NCBI GenBank assembly: GCA_977017645.1
Contig: OZ360231.1
Location: 50,344,001 to 50,408,000 of the forward strand
DNA: 64,000 bases
Reading direction: 5' to 3'
Origin: Torpedo marmorata
Taxonomy: Eukaryota
Positions 35,030 to 48,121 of this stretch are shown piece by piece. Numbering within the stretch: the stretch's first letter is position 1; every line of letters starts with the position of its first letter. A program made the position numbers and the translations under genes. A model generated the notes under the pieces. It saw only the letters and a list, made by a program, of their open reading frames with translations. It was not told the DNA's origin and searched no databases.

Positions 35030-36145
35030 AGCAACACGTACATCCGGCTGCTTTTCATCGATTACAGCTCAGCTTTCAACACCATCATCCTCTCAGTAGT
35101 GGTCAGCAAGCTTCAATACCTGAGCCTCTGCACCTCCCACTGCAAAGGGATCTTTGACTTCCTCATTGGAAGACCACAGTCAGTGCAAATCAGTAACAAC
35201 GTCTTCTCCTCAATGACAATCAACACAGGCGCACCTCAAGGATGCGTGCTTAGGCCACTGCTCTACTCTCTCTACACCCATGACTGTGTGGCCAGGCACA
35301 ATTCAAATGCCATCTACAAATTTACCGATGACACCACGGTTGTTGGTAGAATCACAGATGGCAATGAGGAAGCTGACAGGTGTGAGATAGATCAGCTATT
35401 TGAGTGGTGTCACAACAGCAACCTTGCATTCAACATTAGCAAAACTAAAGAATTGATTGTGGACATCAGGAAGGGGAAACCAGGACAACACAAACCAGTC
35501 TTCATCAAGGGGTCAGCAGTGGAAAGGATAAAGAACTACAAATTTATGGGTGTCTGAAAATCTATCCTGGGGCCATCATGTCGACGCAATCATGACAAAG
35601 GCTCACCAGCAGCAATACTTCGTTAGGAGTTTGAGGAGATTTCATATGTCACCAAAGACTTGCAACTTTCTACACGTGTACCGTGAAGAGCATTCTGTCT
35701 GGTTACATCACCTTCTGGTATGGAGGTGCCAATGCACAGGACAGGAAAGGTCTATGGAGAGTTGTGAACTCGGCCTGCGCCATCATGGGCATCAGTCTTC
35801 ACTCCATTAAGGACATCTACAAGAGGCGGTGCCTCACGAAAGCAGCCTCTGTCAACATGGACCCTCACCACCCAGGCCATGGCCTCTTCTCAGTGCCACC
35901 ATCAGGAAGGAGGTACAGGAGCCTGAAGATGAACACCCAATGGTACAAAAACAGCTTTGTCCCCTCCACCATCAGATTTTTGAATGGACAATGAACCACA
36001 GACACTACCTCACATTTTCTCTTCTTTTGCACTAATTTAGTTATTAAAAAAAAAAGAAATTTATAGTAATTTTTGCACCTGTAATGCTGCCACAAAACAA
36101 CAAATTTCGTGACACATGTTCATGACAATAAATTCTAATTCTGAT
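35030..36145 (+). mobile_element. Rex1/Babar LINE 3' fragment
   Basis: IRLLFIDYSSAFNTI, TGAPQGCVLRPLLYSLYTHDC, YKFTDDTTVVG, DPHHPGH; tail gacaataaattctaattctga. Confidence 0.9.
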
Positions 36146-36519
36146 AAAGCAACTCATCCTCCATATAGAGGCAGTCTTTTCACCATGCCAACATTCTACA
36201 ATAAACTTCTAAACATGATTGGCCAAAACGAGAGCTTTATCAAACAATCTCCAATTCAATGGATAAAGTTCTATTACCAAGTAATTCAAAAGATTTTTTG
36301 TTAATTTCAGGAGATATTCAGTGGATTATTCATTTTGTGCACATTTGCATCAAAGTTGAACAAGTTGCATGCAAGCAATCTTATTAACATGTTATACACA
36401 GTAATCCAATCACTGATTTAACTTGAAAAATATGGCACAACCCTTGTAGAGAATGTTCTAACTCCCTGTCATTTAAATGGAAGCATCAACAATCAAGGCA
36501 CAAATACTGCTCAAAGTAC

Positions 36520-36655
36520 CTGAAATGTCATTATCTATAATCCAAGAACAATCAGGTACTGGCCTTGATTAGATTAGGAATATCAGTGACGAAGAGCAGA
36601 TGGTCTAGCACCAATATGATCATATTTGGAGTGTCAGAGATTGGCACTTTATGGT
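36520..36655 (-). pseudogene. Frameshifted copy of repeat exon with intact AG/GT
   Basis: tgtcttcAG...tcag|GTactt but 136 nt; reads DHKVPISDTPNMIILVLDHLLFVTDIPNLIKAST*. Confidence 0.75.
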
Positions 36656-37131
36656 CTGAAGACACACAAAGGAAGCCCGATACAAAATTCCATTTCTCTT
36701 AATAAGATTACACAATTCACTTTATGATATTGAATTACTGGCTGTAAATTCAGTAGAATTGAATGTATAATAAAATTATACTGAACAGTCTCACTCTGAT
36801 CAGTACTTCTCAACCTCTCAACTATATATTTACACTTAAAAATCATACAAAAATAACATAACAGCGCAACAATATTATTCCCACTAGTTCATATCAATAG
36901 TGGCATGATAAGTTGGTAGATAAATACCCAGCAAAGTTACTAAATACCATGAAATAAGCAGAGATGAGTAAGCTACTTATTTCCAAGAGCTATGCAATGG
37001 ATTGTGCTCTTGATATATATCTGAATGGTTTACATTTATACTCATTTAACTGTAAAAGCAAGACATGTGACCTGATGTTAAATATTCTTTTTCTTAGTTC
37101 ACACCCAAGCCACAAACATTGTCAAATGGAC

Positions 37132-37271
37132 TTGTAACCTTTGATTCCCTGCCCTGAATCTTCAGGAATGGGGATAGGATTGAACACATTGGAAACGTCA
37201 GTGGCTAGTATTTCATAATCTGACATTAAAACAAACATGTTAGGAATGTCGGACGTTTGGTATCTGAAGAT
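37132..37271 (-). pseudogene. Frameshifted copy of repeat exon
   Basis: 140 nt, early frameshift and stop, weak donor (caa|GTcc). Confidence 0.7.
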
Positions 37272-37917
37272 CTGAGAGGTAAGAGGGAAGCCACATCCAA
37301 ATTTTTAAGCTCTCATGAAAATAGTGCCTGTGTTGTTTAGATGACTACAACTATTTTACTGGACATCACTACATTATAGTAATGCGGTCTAACCTGTCAT
37401 TTCACTATATAGATATATTTGAATATATTTAGACTATGAATTATGCAACAAGACAGAGTATCAAACAAATATGTTGAGTAATTAATTCAATGGTATCAAT
37501 TATCATGTTGACTGATTCATTCAACCAATCGTATTCAACAAAAAGGATTCTCATATGTATTATATGCCAAACTCCATGCAATTAGTTTCCTCAATGTCAA
37601 GATTAATTAGTGTTGGGCAATTCTTCTAAAACCATGGCCACAATCAGATGGCATAAAATCTAAAGCCAAGCAGTTAAATAAATGAGAATGGCATGTTGAC
37701 CAAATAGGTCAATCGATGTAAGTATAATGATTAAGATTTCAAGCTCTGTATTGCTCATTTCACATAATTTGTGACACTGAGCAAGTTTTATGCATTTCAA
37801 TGTCTTAACTATGATAAAATGAAATGCAGAGCATAGTAATTCTACAGGTACCCTAAATTTCTTACACCTTAGTACAAAATTCAACACACATGACACATTG
37901 AGGTTTGTCAGAAGTAC

Positions 37918-38058
37918 CTGTAACTTCAGTATCTTTTATATTAGCACGTTCGGGTTCTGGGATTGGATTGATCATATTAGGAGTATCAGTGATTGGCAAC
38001 TCATGGTCTGGCAGTAAAGTGACCACAGCTGGAAAATCTGAGTTTGGCACCTCATCAT
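37918..38058 (-). CDS. Repeat-exon gene, 141-nt exon (DDEVPNSDFPAVVTLLPDHELPITDTPNMINPIPEPERANIKDTEVT)
   Basis: ccttcttatccctttAG ... acag|GTactt; 141 nt, open. Confidence 0.85.
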
Positions 38059-38327
38059 CTAAAGGGATAAGAAGGATGGTAAACAGAAAATTTGTAATCT
38101 CACAAGGAGATAAACATATGTTGTTTAAATGATAATTCTAAATTACTGCAGAAAATGGAATGACATTTGATCATGAATGACAGTTTTCATGCAATATTCA
38201 AATATACATATTGTCTTACTTAATTAATTTAAAGTGTCTGGTATGATATACCACAAGATAATCCATGCCGCTGTATAATTCCCACTTGAGAAATGCAATT
38301 TCTTATACAACAATAACAAAGCAATTC

Positions 38328-40152
38328 TAAAGAAGCAATTAAATATTTGGGAGTTAAAGTAGATACAAAATTGGAAAATTTATATAAATTAAATGATATA
38401 CCTTTATTTCAGAAAATAAAGAAAGATTTGGAAAATTGGAAAGATTTACCTATAACTCTAATGGGAAGAGTGAATTGTATTAAAATGAATATTTTTCCAA
38501 GAGTTCAATATCTTTTTCAATCTATACCTTTTGGTATTCCTCAAAAATTTTTCAAAGATTTAAAAATCATTGTTAGAAAGTTTTTATGGAAAGGAAAATT
38601 AGCAAGGGTAAGTATAGATAAATTAACTTGGGAATACGAAATGGGTGGATTACAGCTTCCCAATTTTCAATATTACTATAAGGCAGCACAATTAAAATTT
38701 ATTAATGAATTTTTTGACTTAACTAAAAATACTGCTTGGATTAATATAGAATTGAGTAATATAGGGGAAAGATATAAGGAAGATATTATTTATAAATGGA
38801 ATTCCAAATTATTATTAATTAAAAAGAAAAAATCACCGATTATTAAACATTTATTGTAAATTTGGACTCAGTTAGATTATGAGATAGGACGAAAAGGATC
38901 AATATCTTTAAATATGCCATTATATCAGAATTTATTGTTACCTTTTCCTATTGATAACCAATTTTTAAAATTATGGTATCAAAAAGGAATTAAGAAGATC
39001 AAAGATTGCTTTGAGGCGGGAAGATTTGTTACTTTTTCTAGGTTGAAAGAAAAATTTGGAATAATGGATAATACGATTTTGGCTTATTATTAGGTTAAAA
39101 GATTTTTAGTTGAGAAATTGGGGAATCAATTAATATCTCCTAGACAAGATGGATTAGAGTTACTAATTACTAATGGAAATGTTAATAAATTTATATCACA
39201 AATGTATAAACTATTTCAGAGAAAGATGCCTAAAGTAGGATTATATAAATCTAGATTAAATTGGGAGTCAGATTTAAATATTAGTATAGATGAACAACAT
39301 TGGAAAGAATTATGTAAATTGAGTATGACTAAAATTATTAATGTTAGATATAGATTAGTACAATATAATTTTTTTCATCAATTATATATAACACCTAAAA
39401 AATTAAAGAAATTTAATCCGGCATTATCAGATATGTGTTTTAGGTGTAAAGATGAAATAGGTTCTTTTGTACACTGTACATGGTCATGTTTAAAAATTCA
39501 AAATTTTTGGTCTAAAGTTAAGGATTTTTTAGATAGAATTTTTAATATTACGATTCCAATGGATCCTATGGTATTTTTATTTGGAGATATTAAAAAAATT
39601 AGTATTAGAAATAGATTGAATATGTATCAAATAGAATTTTTACGAATTGTGTTAGCGATTTCAAAAAAATGTATCGCTATTACTTGGAAATCAGATTTAG
39701 ATTTGAATTTAGATAGACTACATGCAGAATTACGTTCTTGTATACCATTGGAAAAAATTACATATAATTTACGAGATAAATATAATTTCTTTTTGAAAAT
39801 TTGGAGCCCATATATGAGAATTATGGGTATGAATTAATTCTCTAAAAGTTGGTACCGCTGACAAATGTAACCTCCAATATATAAGTAGAGTTAGCTTGTA
39901 ATTGTTTTCTCCTCATTCTAACTCTTAAATTATTATTCAATTCTATTCTTCTTTTTTCTTTTTAACTAATACCTCTTTTTTTCTCTTTCCCTTTTTTTTA
40001 ATTAGAATAGTGTGGGAGGGTTGGGGAGGGAAGGGTGGGAAGGGGGGAGGTAATATATCACATGTATTTTGAATGATATACTATTTTTTATTCATGTATT
40101 TTGTGATTTTAAAAGTTAAATAAAATTATAAAAAAAAACCAAAAAACAAAAA
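38328..40152 (+). mobile_element. 5'-truncated L1/Tx1-clade LINE (ORF2 C-terminal part)
   Basis: IKYLGV..W..LPITLMGRVNCIKMNIFPRVQYLFQ..GGLQLPNFQYYYKAAQL, zinc knuckle CFRCKDEIGSFVHCTWSC, G-rich 3' UTR, polyA; 13-bp TSD aacaaagcaattc (38315-38327 / 40153-40165). Confidence 0.92.
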
Positions 40153-40336
40153 AACAAAGCAATTCCTCTAGAGTCGATTAAATAAGGCCGTTGGCCAAAT
40201 AATGCTGAGGAACAGGTCTTTAGGCCATCATATTCATATTAACTGAATTATATCAATGCCATTTACTAGCATTCGGTCCATAAGCCTTCTATGCCTTAGT
40301 GATTCCGGTGATTAGGAAGTCTAGATACTCTTAAAT

Positions 40337-40711
40337 CAGTGGTTTTCAAACTGCCCCCCTAATCTCACATTCCACCTTAAGCAATCCCTATGCCATAAAT
40401 GCTCTGTGATTAGTAAGGGATTGCTGAAGGTGGTATGTAAGTGGGAAGGGAAAGTTGAGAACCACTGCTCTAGACCCAATTGTTACTGAAATATTTTGCT
40501 TGAGAAAAATTGTCATTGGCCCATTTCCTTTGGAGTTATGAAACCGTGCACATAACGAGTCAATTAGGTACGATTAAAACAGTGGTTTTCAAACTTTTTC
40601 TTCCCATTCACATACCAACTTAAGCAATCCCTTACTAATCACAGAACACTTATGGCATAGGGATTGCTTAAGGTGGAATGTGAGTTTAGGGGGGCAGTTT
40701 GAAAACCACTG
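40337..40711. mobile_element. hAT (Charlie-like) composite MITE
   Basis: TIR cagtggttttcaaact; two ~131-bp units (40337-40467, 40580-40711) in inverted orientation around a 112-bp spacer; imperfect 8-bp TSD tcttaaat/ccctaaat; inserted in an old CR1 remnant. Confidence 0.85.
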
Positions 40712-41471
40712 CCCTAAATGATATGAGAGCACCAGCCTCCACCAATTCATCAGGATGGAAACATTTTCCTTTGATTTTTTTCTAACCCTCTTGTTCCTCC
40801 ACCTTAAACCTATATGCCCTTTAGTTTTAAATGTTTATGATAGAGGGAATAGTTTCTCATGATCCACCTTATCTATGCATCTCATAACTTTGTATACGTT
40901 TATCAAGAGCCTCCTTAGTTTTCTGGAGAGCTGAAGAGGACAGAGAGCCTGTGTCTCATTTGCCTTTTTCACCACCTTATTTACTTGTGCTGCCACCTTT
41001 AGGTACTTCAAGGTCCCCCTCTTCTTCAGTACTCCCTAATGCTTTATCATTCATTGAGTATATCATACCCTTATTAGACCTCTCTAAATACATCACTTCA
41101 AATTATGCTATTAAATTCCATCTATTATTGATCCATCCAATTTACCAGCAAACCAATGTTACCCAAGACTATTCTTCCTCATAAACGTCCTTACTATCAT
41201 CATTTCTTCTCTTAGCTATCAGCTTCTCTTAAGCAAAATATTTATTAATTCAAAAGATGTGCAGAAGATGGCTCTTTTCATTTCACACTTTGCCTCAACA
41301 TTAAACAAGTTACACGAGTTAAGATATATGAGCTCAACACGGATTTAATTGTAAAAGCAGAATTTCTCTCGACTAAATTTCTGGCACTTTAAAGGAAACC
41401 TCAACATGAACTTATAATTATTTACTCTATTCCTCAGTGCACACACAAGACACAAATGTTATTGAAGGTAC

Positions 41472-41597
41472 CTGTAACTTTAATATCTCCTATCTCTTCA
41501 GACTTGGGTGTGGGATTAATGTTATTAGGAATGTCAGTGGCTGGTGGATCAGAGTCTGGGATTAAATTGAACACATCAGAAGTTGACACCTCATGGA
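41472..41597 (-). CDS. Repeat-exon gene, 126-nt exon (VHEVSTSDVFNLIPDSDPPATDIPNNINPTPKSEEIGDIKVT)
   Basis: ttttcttattccttcAG ... acag|GTacct; 126 nt (in-frame deletions), open. Confidence 0.85.
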
Positions 41598-42161
41598 CTG
41601 AAGGAATAAGAAAAAGCCAGACACAAATTTATAATCTCACTTGAAAATGATACGAGTTACTTTGATCTAAATGATTGTACTAATGAATGTTATTACAAAG
41701 CAGCAATGTTGAATAATTAATTGTACTACTCTATTAAAACTGTTCAAGTGAACTTGTTTTTACAGTACCAAACAGAATGGTGTACCTAAATATAAAATGA
41801 TCTATACAAATTCTATAACAGATAAATCATGCAGCTATATTTTTCACTATTAATAATACTTTTTACATCATAATATTCACAAAGATCAATAAAACAACAG
41901 CCATTCCATGCACAGCAATGTTCCTACTACATAAAAGTGATTTGCCATTCAATAAACTGCAACAAAATCGATGTGATTGGTTGATAAATGGTTGAATTCC
42001 ATGCAGGCAGCGTATGGACAATAAATGAACATTTAACAGCATATGTATGGAATATCAGCTACACAATGTCACTTAACAATGAGGAGCTTTGGCACATTGA
42101 TGATGAATGATGAATGATGATGAATAATTTCACTTTCAAGACAAAAATATTGCTATCAGTA

Positions 42162-42296
42162 CAAGTAACTTGGGTTCTGTATCAACAAATTTAGATTTGG
42201 AGACTAGATTAAACACAACACAAATGCCATTACCAGATCATAGCCTGAGCTTAAAGTAAAAAACTTAGAAGAGTCAAAGTTTTGTACCAAATAGTC
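42162..42296 (-). pseudogene. Decayed copy of repeat exon
   Basis: Homologous flanks and body; acceptor AG changed to TG; multiple indels. Confidence 0.6.
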
Positions 42297-42759
42297 AGGG
42301 TAATAAAAGTGAAGCAAGGTACAATTTTTTAAATTCTTATTAATTATTCTCACACAAATCTAGGTTTCCAGCACCAGCATTCCAGATGCCTTCTGCCTTG
42401 GCAAAGTCAGATGCCATGGAGTCTAATGGGATAGCACAAACCTCTGCACATTTTCTAACTGTCAGACAGGGATGTTTATGCACTGAGACCCCAATGGTTG
42501 ATCCGGGCAATAGCCTGGATCGGGAGAAATTAGCTGCCACGTAAAAGATGTTAAGTTTCTTTTTATTGAACGGTCTCAATGTTTATAATTCATTTTTCAT
42601 GTGCGAATTTTTTAAATCTTAAATGTATTTTTAAAATGATATTTTAAACAAGATATTCAGTCAACAACATTTGACACTTTGATATCCAGTAAGCCAAGGC
42701 TTACCAGCTGTCTAATCCATGCTGAGAGTAGTGAGCTGTCAATACGGAGGCACATGTAC

Positions 42760-43283
42760 AGTAGGAGCCAAAATAGGTTCGTTACTTACCTCCATGGCGA
42801 CGTTCCATTGATCCAGCAGGCGTCGGAGAAGTTACGGAGTTTGGTGGGCCGTGCTTAGGCCTATTGACTTCTCTGCGCATGCGCATGCGCAGTGGGTAGG
42901 TGCGCGGTGAATAGGTGAATTGGAGTGCCGGCTGGAGCATGCGCGGTGGGTAGGTGGCTGGAGCATGCGCGGTGGGGCAGCACGCGAATCGGGAAAAAGT
43001 ATTATAAAACATGGCGACGTAGAGGAGGGTGAGTGAGATCGTCATAGTTTTCGTTGACCGTTATTAAAGACCATTATTAAGGAACGTTATCAAGGATCGT
43101 TATCGCGGATCATTCATATTTCTTTAAAGAAGATAGTTAAGTTATTGAAGATTGCTACAAGTCATCGTGTGTTAATAAAGCTTTTGAACCTATTGGACTT
43201 GGTAGTAAATTAATTGAAAAGCGTCACGAACAAGTGTCTCACCTAGCCTACAAGCGACTATTTATTGAATCGAAGTCGCTACA
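42760..43283 (+). mobile_element. Solo LTR of a related BEL/Pao family
   Basis: 5-bp TSD tgtac (42755-42759 / 43284-43288); ends ...ctaca; shares acttacc, gcgcatgcgc, ggagggtgagt, attgaagatt..caagtcat and tattggactt.g.tagtaaattaatt blocks with the 23666 LTR. Confidence 0.85.
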
Positions 43284-43848
43284 TGTACGTTGCACTAGTT
43301 ATGCAAAGACACTGGGCACTAAGCTCTTAGTGAAAGACTGTATCAAACAAACTATGTAGCTCTATGTCCACTGATTTCAGAGTAACAGAAAAATGCCCCT
43401 ATTGTTGATAAATTAATTCAATAATATACAAAGATATTCAGACAAGTATGGCATAATGGCAGACAGGCGATGAGCAACCTTCTTTACAATTCATCAAAGC
43501 TAATTATTACTCAATAAACTTTCCAACAATATTGTCATGAAAGACTGAACAAACACCTCACAGCCAAGTAACCCTTAAACTCAGTGAAATAAGACAATGA
43601 CAAAGCAACCTGACAAAAATAAGCGTGAAGCATAAATTTCATGAAATGTGCAGCAGATTTTCTGTACACTGTGCCACAACATTGAATGAGCTGCATGCAA
43701 GATAGCATGTTGATACATTTTACACACATGCAACCTGAACACTCACTGAACTGGAATTGTGTGGCATAGCATTAAAAGCATGTGCTCTGGACATCTGATG
43801 GTTTAGCACACACCTCAACAGCCAAGATACAAATATTGGCAGAAATAC

Positions 43849-43989
43849 CTGCAACTTCAGTATCTCTTATCTTAGCACGTTCAGTTTCTGGGATTGGATT
43901 GATCACATTAGGAGTACCAGTAATCAGCAGATCATGGTCTGGGATTAAAGCAAGCACTTTAGGAGTGCAAGAAGTTGAAACCACATTGT
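43849..43989 (-). CDS. Repeat-exon gene, 141-nt exon (DNVVSTSCTPKVLALIPDHDLLITGTPNVINPIPETERAKIRDTEVA)
   Basis: ttttttatcccttcAG ... gcag|GTattt; 141 nt, open. Confidence 0.85.
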
Positions 43990-44556
43990 CTGAAGGGATA
44001 AAAAACATACCGTAAGTCTTATTTTTCAATTCTATGTAGATTCTGTAGATTATGTTGAAATTCTAGGCATAATCACAAAGCAGCACAACTGGTCATTTTT
44101 TAGTATAATAAAACTAAATATAAAAAATGTAAACATGAACAATATTTTTCATTCAAATACTAACAGAAATTTATGTATTGCATTACCTCATTAATAATAT
44201 TATTCAGAAAGTGGGATATAACAAAGGATAATCCATGCAACAAGATTGCAAAGAGAAGTTGATAGACTCTTTATTGTCAAACAAGGCCTCTAAATGCCAT
44301 GAAATAAGGAGGCTGCCCAAATAATTCAACCAAGATGCACAAATACTCAGTTCTAGAAAAATAATTAGTGGTGTGATCAGACCCTACAATATGTGCATTT
44401 GATGTGAACATGGCATGTGGACAGTTTATTTTCAAAAGCTTGTTACCCACTAGTAATGAGCACGTAACTTTGTGGCAAAGCACCTTCAGCATGTGGTCTT
44501 TGCCTTTTTAGCTGATACCTCACCATGAATATAATTATTTGCTAAATCAGAAGTAC

Positions 44557-44694
44557 CTGTAACTTCAGTATAGCTTATCCTAGTAGCTTCAGACTTGGGA
44601 TTTGGATCGAACACATTAAGAATTTTTGAGACTGGAAGCTCAAAGTCTGAAATTAAATTTAATACATCAGTGTTAGAGATCATCATGCCATGGA
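44557..44694 (-). CDS. Repeat-exon gene, 138-nt exon (VHGMMISNTDVLNLISDFELPVSKILNVFDPNPKSEATRISYTEVT)
   Basis: catttttaccctcAG ... acag|GTactt; 138 nt, open. Confidence 0.85.
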
Positions 44695-45276
44695 CTGAGG
44701 GTAAAAATGGGAGCCAGATATAACAATTACTATCTAATGAAAACATCTCTATTATTTTGATAGATATCATTGTTGGGAGCACAAGTGGTTGTTTTTCTTT
44801 TCATTGAGAATATTAAACAAAATGTGACACTAGTACTATTTTCATTACAACATTAAATTGTACATGGCACAACTAATACAATATTTCTCCAAATTACTTT
44901 TATAAAGTGATAAATCATGCAAATCATGCAGTAATATATTTTCCACTAATCAAAAGTAATCATCGTTTGAAATATTTTCCCCACAATAGAGCAATGATTT
45001 ACTCTGGACAATTAATTTACACTCAGTCTCCAAATTCCATGAAATAAATGTACTGTCAAAATAACTCCAAGAATAAGTGCACACATTTCAGAAGCTGCAC
45101 AGTATGCTCATTTGATTTGACAAGATAATGTATTTACAAACAAAAATTCTTCACATACAAATAACCTGAACACTTATGTAACAAGAAAATTGTGGCATAG
45201 CATTTACAGATTGTGTCCTAAATTATGTCACTCTAACGAGCAGTTAAATGCCCAAACAAAATATTGTCAGAAGTAC

Positions 45277-45408
45277 CTGCAACTTCTGTATTGCTTATCT
45301 TGGTTTGTTGTGGTTCTGGGATTGGATTGATCACATCAGTAACCAACAGCTCATTGTTTAATGGAAAAGTGAAGACATTAGCAGTGTCCGAGGTTGGCAC
45401 CACGTGGT
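45277..45408 (-). CDS. Repeat-exon gene, 132-nt exon (DHVVPTSDTANVFTFPLNNELLVTDVINPIPEPQQTKISNTEVA)
   Basis: cttccttatcccaagcAG ... gcag|GTactt; 132 nt, open. Confidence 0.82.
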
Positions 45409-45913
45409 CTGCTTGGGATAAGGAAGAAGCCAGGCACAATCTTCTTATTCTTGCATGTTAATAATGCACGTTTTCATTAATGCATTATTTTCTATTACGG
45501 AGCACCATTATTAGTACTGTATATAGCAAAATGCATGACTTCCATTTGTCACTCCACAATCTCTTCATCCCTGCTATCTTTCCGCCAAACCTATTTATTT
45601 ATTTTTCAACTGCTGCAAGGCCTTGACATCTCTCAAAATGTGAACTCTGAATTTCATAAACTATGCACAATAAGAAGTAATAAAGTACAAATAAAAATTA
45701 ATATATTTCAGGGAAATGTGGCTGATGTCTCATTTCCTGTCACGTTATGCAAGTTAGTAAAGTAGTTATTTATTAATTCACAGAGAATCAATCCAAATAG
45801 TGTGGCATCTATAGCATGAAAACTAACCTCCTGTCTATTTGCCAAAAACCTCAACATGCAGATAATTATAATTATTTACTCTGTACTCAAGGCACATATA
45901 TTATCAGAAATAC

Positions 45914-46057
45914 CTGCAACTTCTGTGTCTTCTATTTTAGCAGTGTCAGATTCAGGGAGCATGATTGGGACATTTGAAATGTCAGTGACTGGTACCTTAA
46001 TGTCTGAGATTAAATAGAAGATGTTAAAAGTGACAGAGGTTAGCATCACATGATCAG
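45914..46057 (-). CDS. Repeat-exon gene, 144-nt exon (ADHVMLTSVTFNIFYLISDIKVPVTDISNVPIMLPESDTAKIEDTEVA)
   Basis: The homologous acceptor position is TG, but an AG lies 3 nt upstream (agcacAG); donor gcag|GTattt; open. Confidence 0.65.
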
Positions 46058-46134
46058 CTGTGCTGGTAGGAAGCTAGATATAAAAATTTGAATCATTTAT
46101 GAAAGTTATCCCAATTTCTTAATCAATGCAGTTA

Positions 46135-47425
46135 TAGAGTAATAAAACGTGGAAACAGCCCCTTCGGATCAACCTGCCCACACCGACCAAATTGTCCCAC
46201 CCACACTAGTCCCATCTGCCATCTCTCTCTCTCTCAAGTGCCTGCCTGCTTTTTGCTCATACCTTGACGAAGGGCTCATGCCCAAAACGTTGGTTATATC
46301 CCTTTGCTTCTTATAGACATTACATGACCTGCTGAGTTTTTCCAGCACTTTTTGTCTATTGCACTACAATCACAGCGTCTTCAGACTTTCCTGTTTAACT
46401 GCCTGCATTTGGCCCACTTTCCTCTAAATCCATCTATTCATATCTCTGTCCAGTTTATTTCTTGAACATTGCAATACTACCTGCCTCAACCACCTCCTAC
46501 GGAAGCCCATTCCACACACCCACCATCCTCTGTGTAAAAATGTTACCCCTCAGGTTCCTGTTAAATCTCTCCCCCTTCACCTTAATTCTATGTCCTCTGG
46601 TTATTGATTCCCCTACTCTGGGCAACAGACTCTCTGCATTCACCTGATCTATTCCTTTCATGATTTTGTACACGTCTATGAGATCTCCCCTCATCCTTCT
46701 GCACTCCAAACAATAAAGTCTTAGCCTACTCAACCTTTCCCAAAAGCTCAGGCTCCTGAGCCCTGTCACCATCTTCGTAAATATTCTCTGCACCCTCTCC
46801 AGCACGACAACATATTTCCAATACCCAGTGACCATAATTGAACACAATGCTTCAAATGGGGCCTCATCAACTGCAACAAGACCTCCCAACTTCTATACTC
46901 AATACTCTGATTGATGAAGGCCAATGTGCCAAAAGCCTTTTTAACCACCCTTTTTACCTGTAATGCCACTTCCCAGGAACCATGTATCTATATTCCTAGA
47001 TCCCTCTGCTCTACAATGCTCCCCAGATCCTTACCATTCACCGTGTATCTCCTACCCACGTTAGACCTCCCAAAATGCAACACCTCACATTTCTCTGCAT
47101 TAAATTCCAATCATTCCTCTGCCCACCTGCCTAACCGATCAGGATCCTGCCGCAATCTTTGGCAACCATCTTCATCGTCTACAATACGAGACACTTTAGT
47201 GTCATCCGCAAACTTGCCAATCATGTTTTCATCCAAATCATTGAAACTGCAATGGGCCCCATGGCACACCAGTAGTCATAGACTTCCAGTCTGAAAAACA
47301 ACCTTTCACCATTACCCTCTGCTTTCTACCATATGGCCAATTTTCTATCCATTCAGCTATCTCACCTTGGATTCCATGCGACCTAATCATCTAGAGCAGC
47401 CTACTATGCAAAACCTTATCGAATG
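46135..47425 (-). mobile_element. Degraded CR1 LINE with a nested Penelope-type fragment (about 46222-46400)
   Basis: RVVKKAFGTLAFINQSIEYRSWEV, LERVQRIFTKM..RMRGDLIDVYKIMKGID; the nested piece has gacgaagggctcatgcccaaaacgt and gacctgctgagtttttccagca. Confidence 0.85.
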
Positions 47426-48121
47426 CAGATTTTATACATGATAGAACATTATTGCAAAGTTAAACTTATTACAGTAACACCACAAATAATAACAGATTTT
47501 ATACAATACTAAACTATGCCAATAGTATAATTAATTGAATTAACTAATACAATACATTTCAAAATTAAGGTGCGGCATTACAAGAGACACTGCAACATTA
47601 CTTCCACTATTTAATAACTATTCATCATTCAATAAACCAGAAATGCAGCCATTATAGGTTAACAAGGCACTTTATAGCTCAGCAATCTTTAGCTTTCATG
47701 AAATAGGTTCATATAATCCAACAAGGATGAGCAAAATGCTTGATTGCAGGTCATATGTAGCGCATTTCTCAGTTCACAATATCTGTAGCACAACACTGAA
47801 CAGATTCCATGCATGTTAGGATAGTTCTTTGAGCAAGGACATGCATGGAGCAATGGGAGGAGTGGGAATGGGGAAACAGTGGGGCAGCAGAGCACAGGTT
47901 TGGCCAATCATGAAGAAATATACAATGTGTTTGAGTTTTGCACGCCCTTCCATGCCTCACAATCAACCAATACAAAATGCTTCCAACTGCAAAAGCAGAG
48001 CATATCATATGTAGCATGTGTTCAGACTTTTTCCTCAATTTGCAATAAACCTCAGCAAGCAGTTTAAATGATTTACTCATTCTTTCATTCAAACACCAAT
48101 CACACTCATTATTGGGACTAC

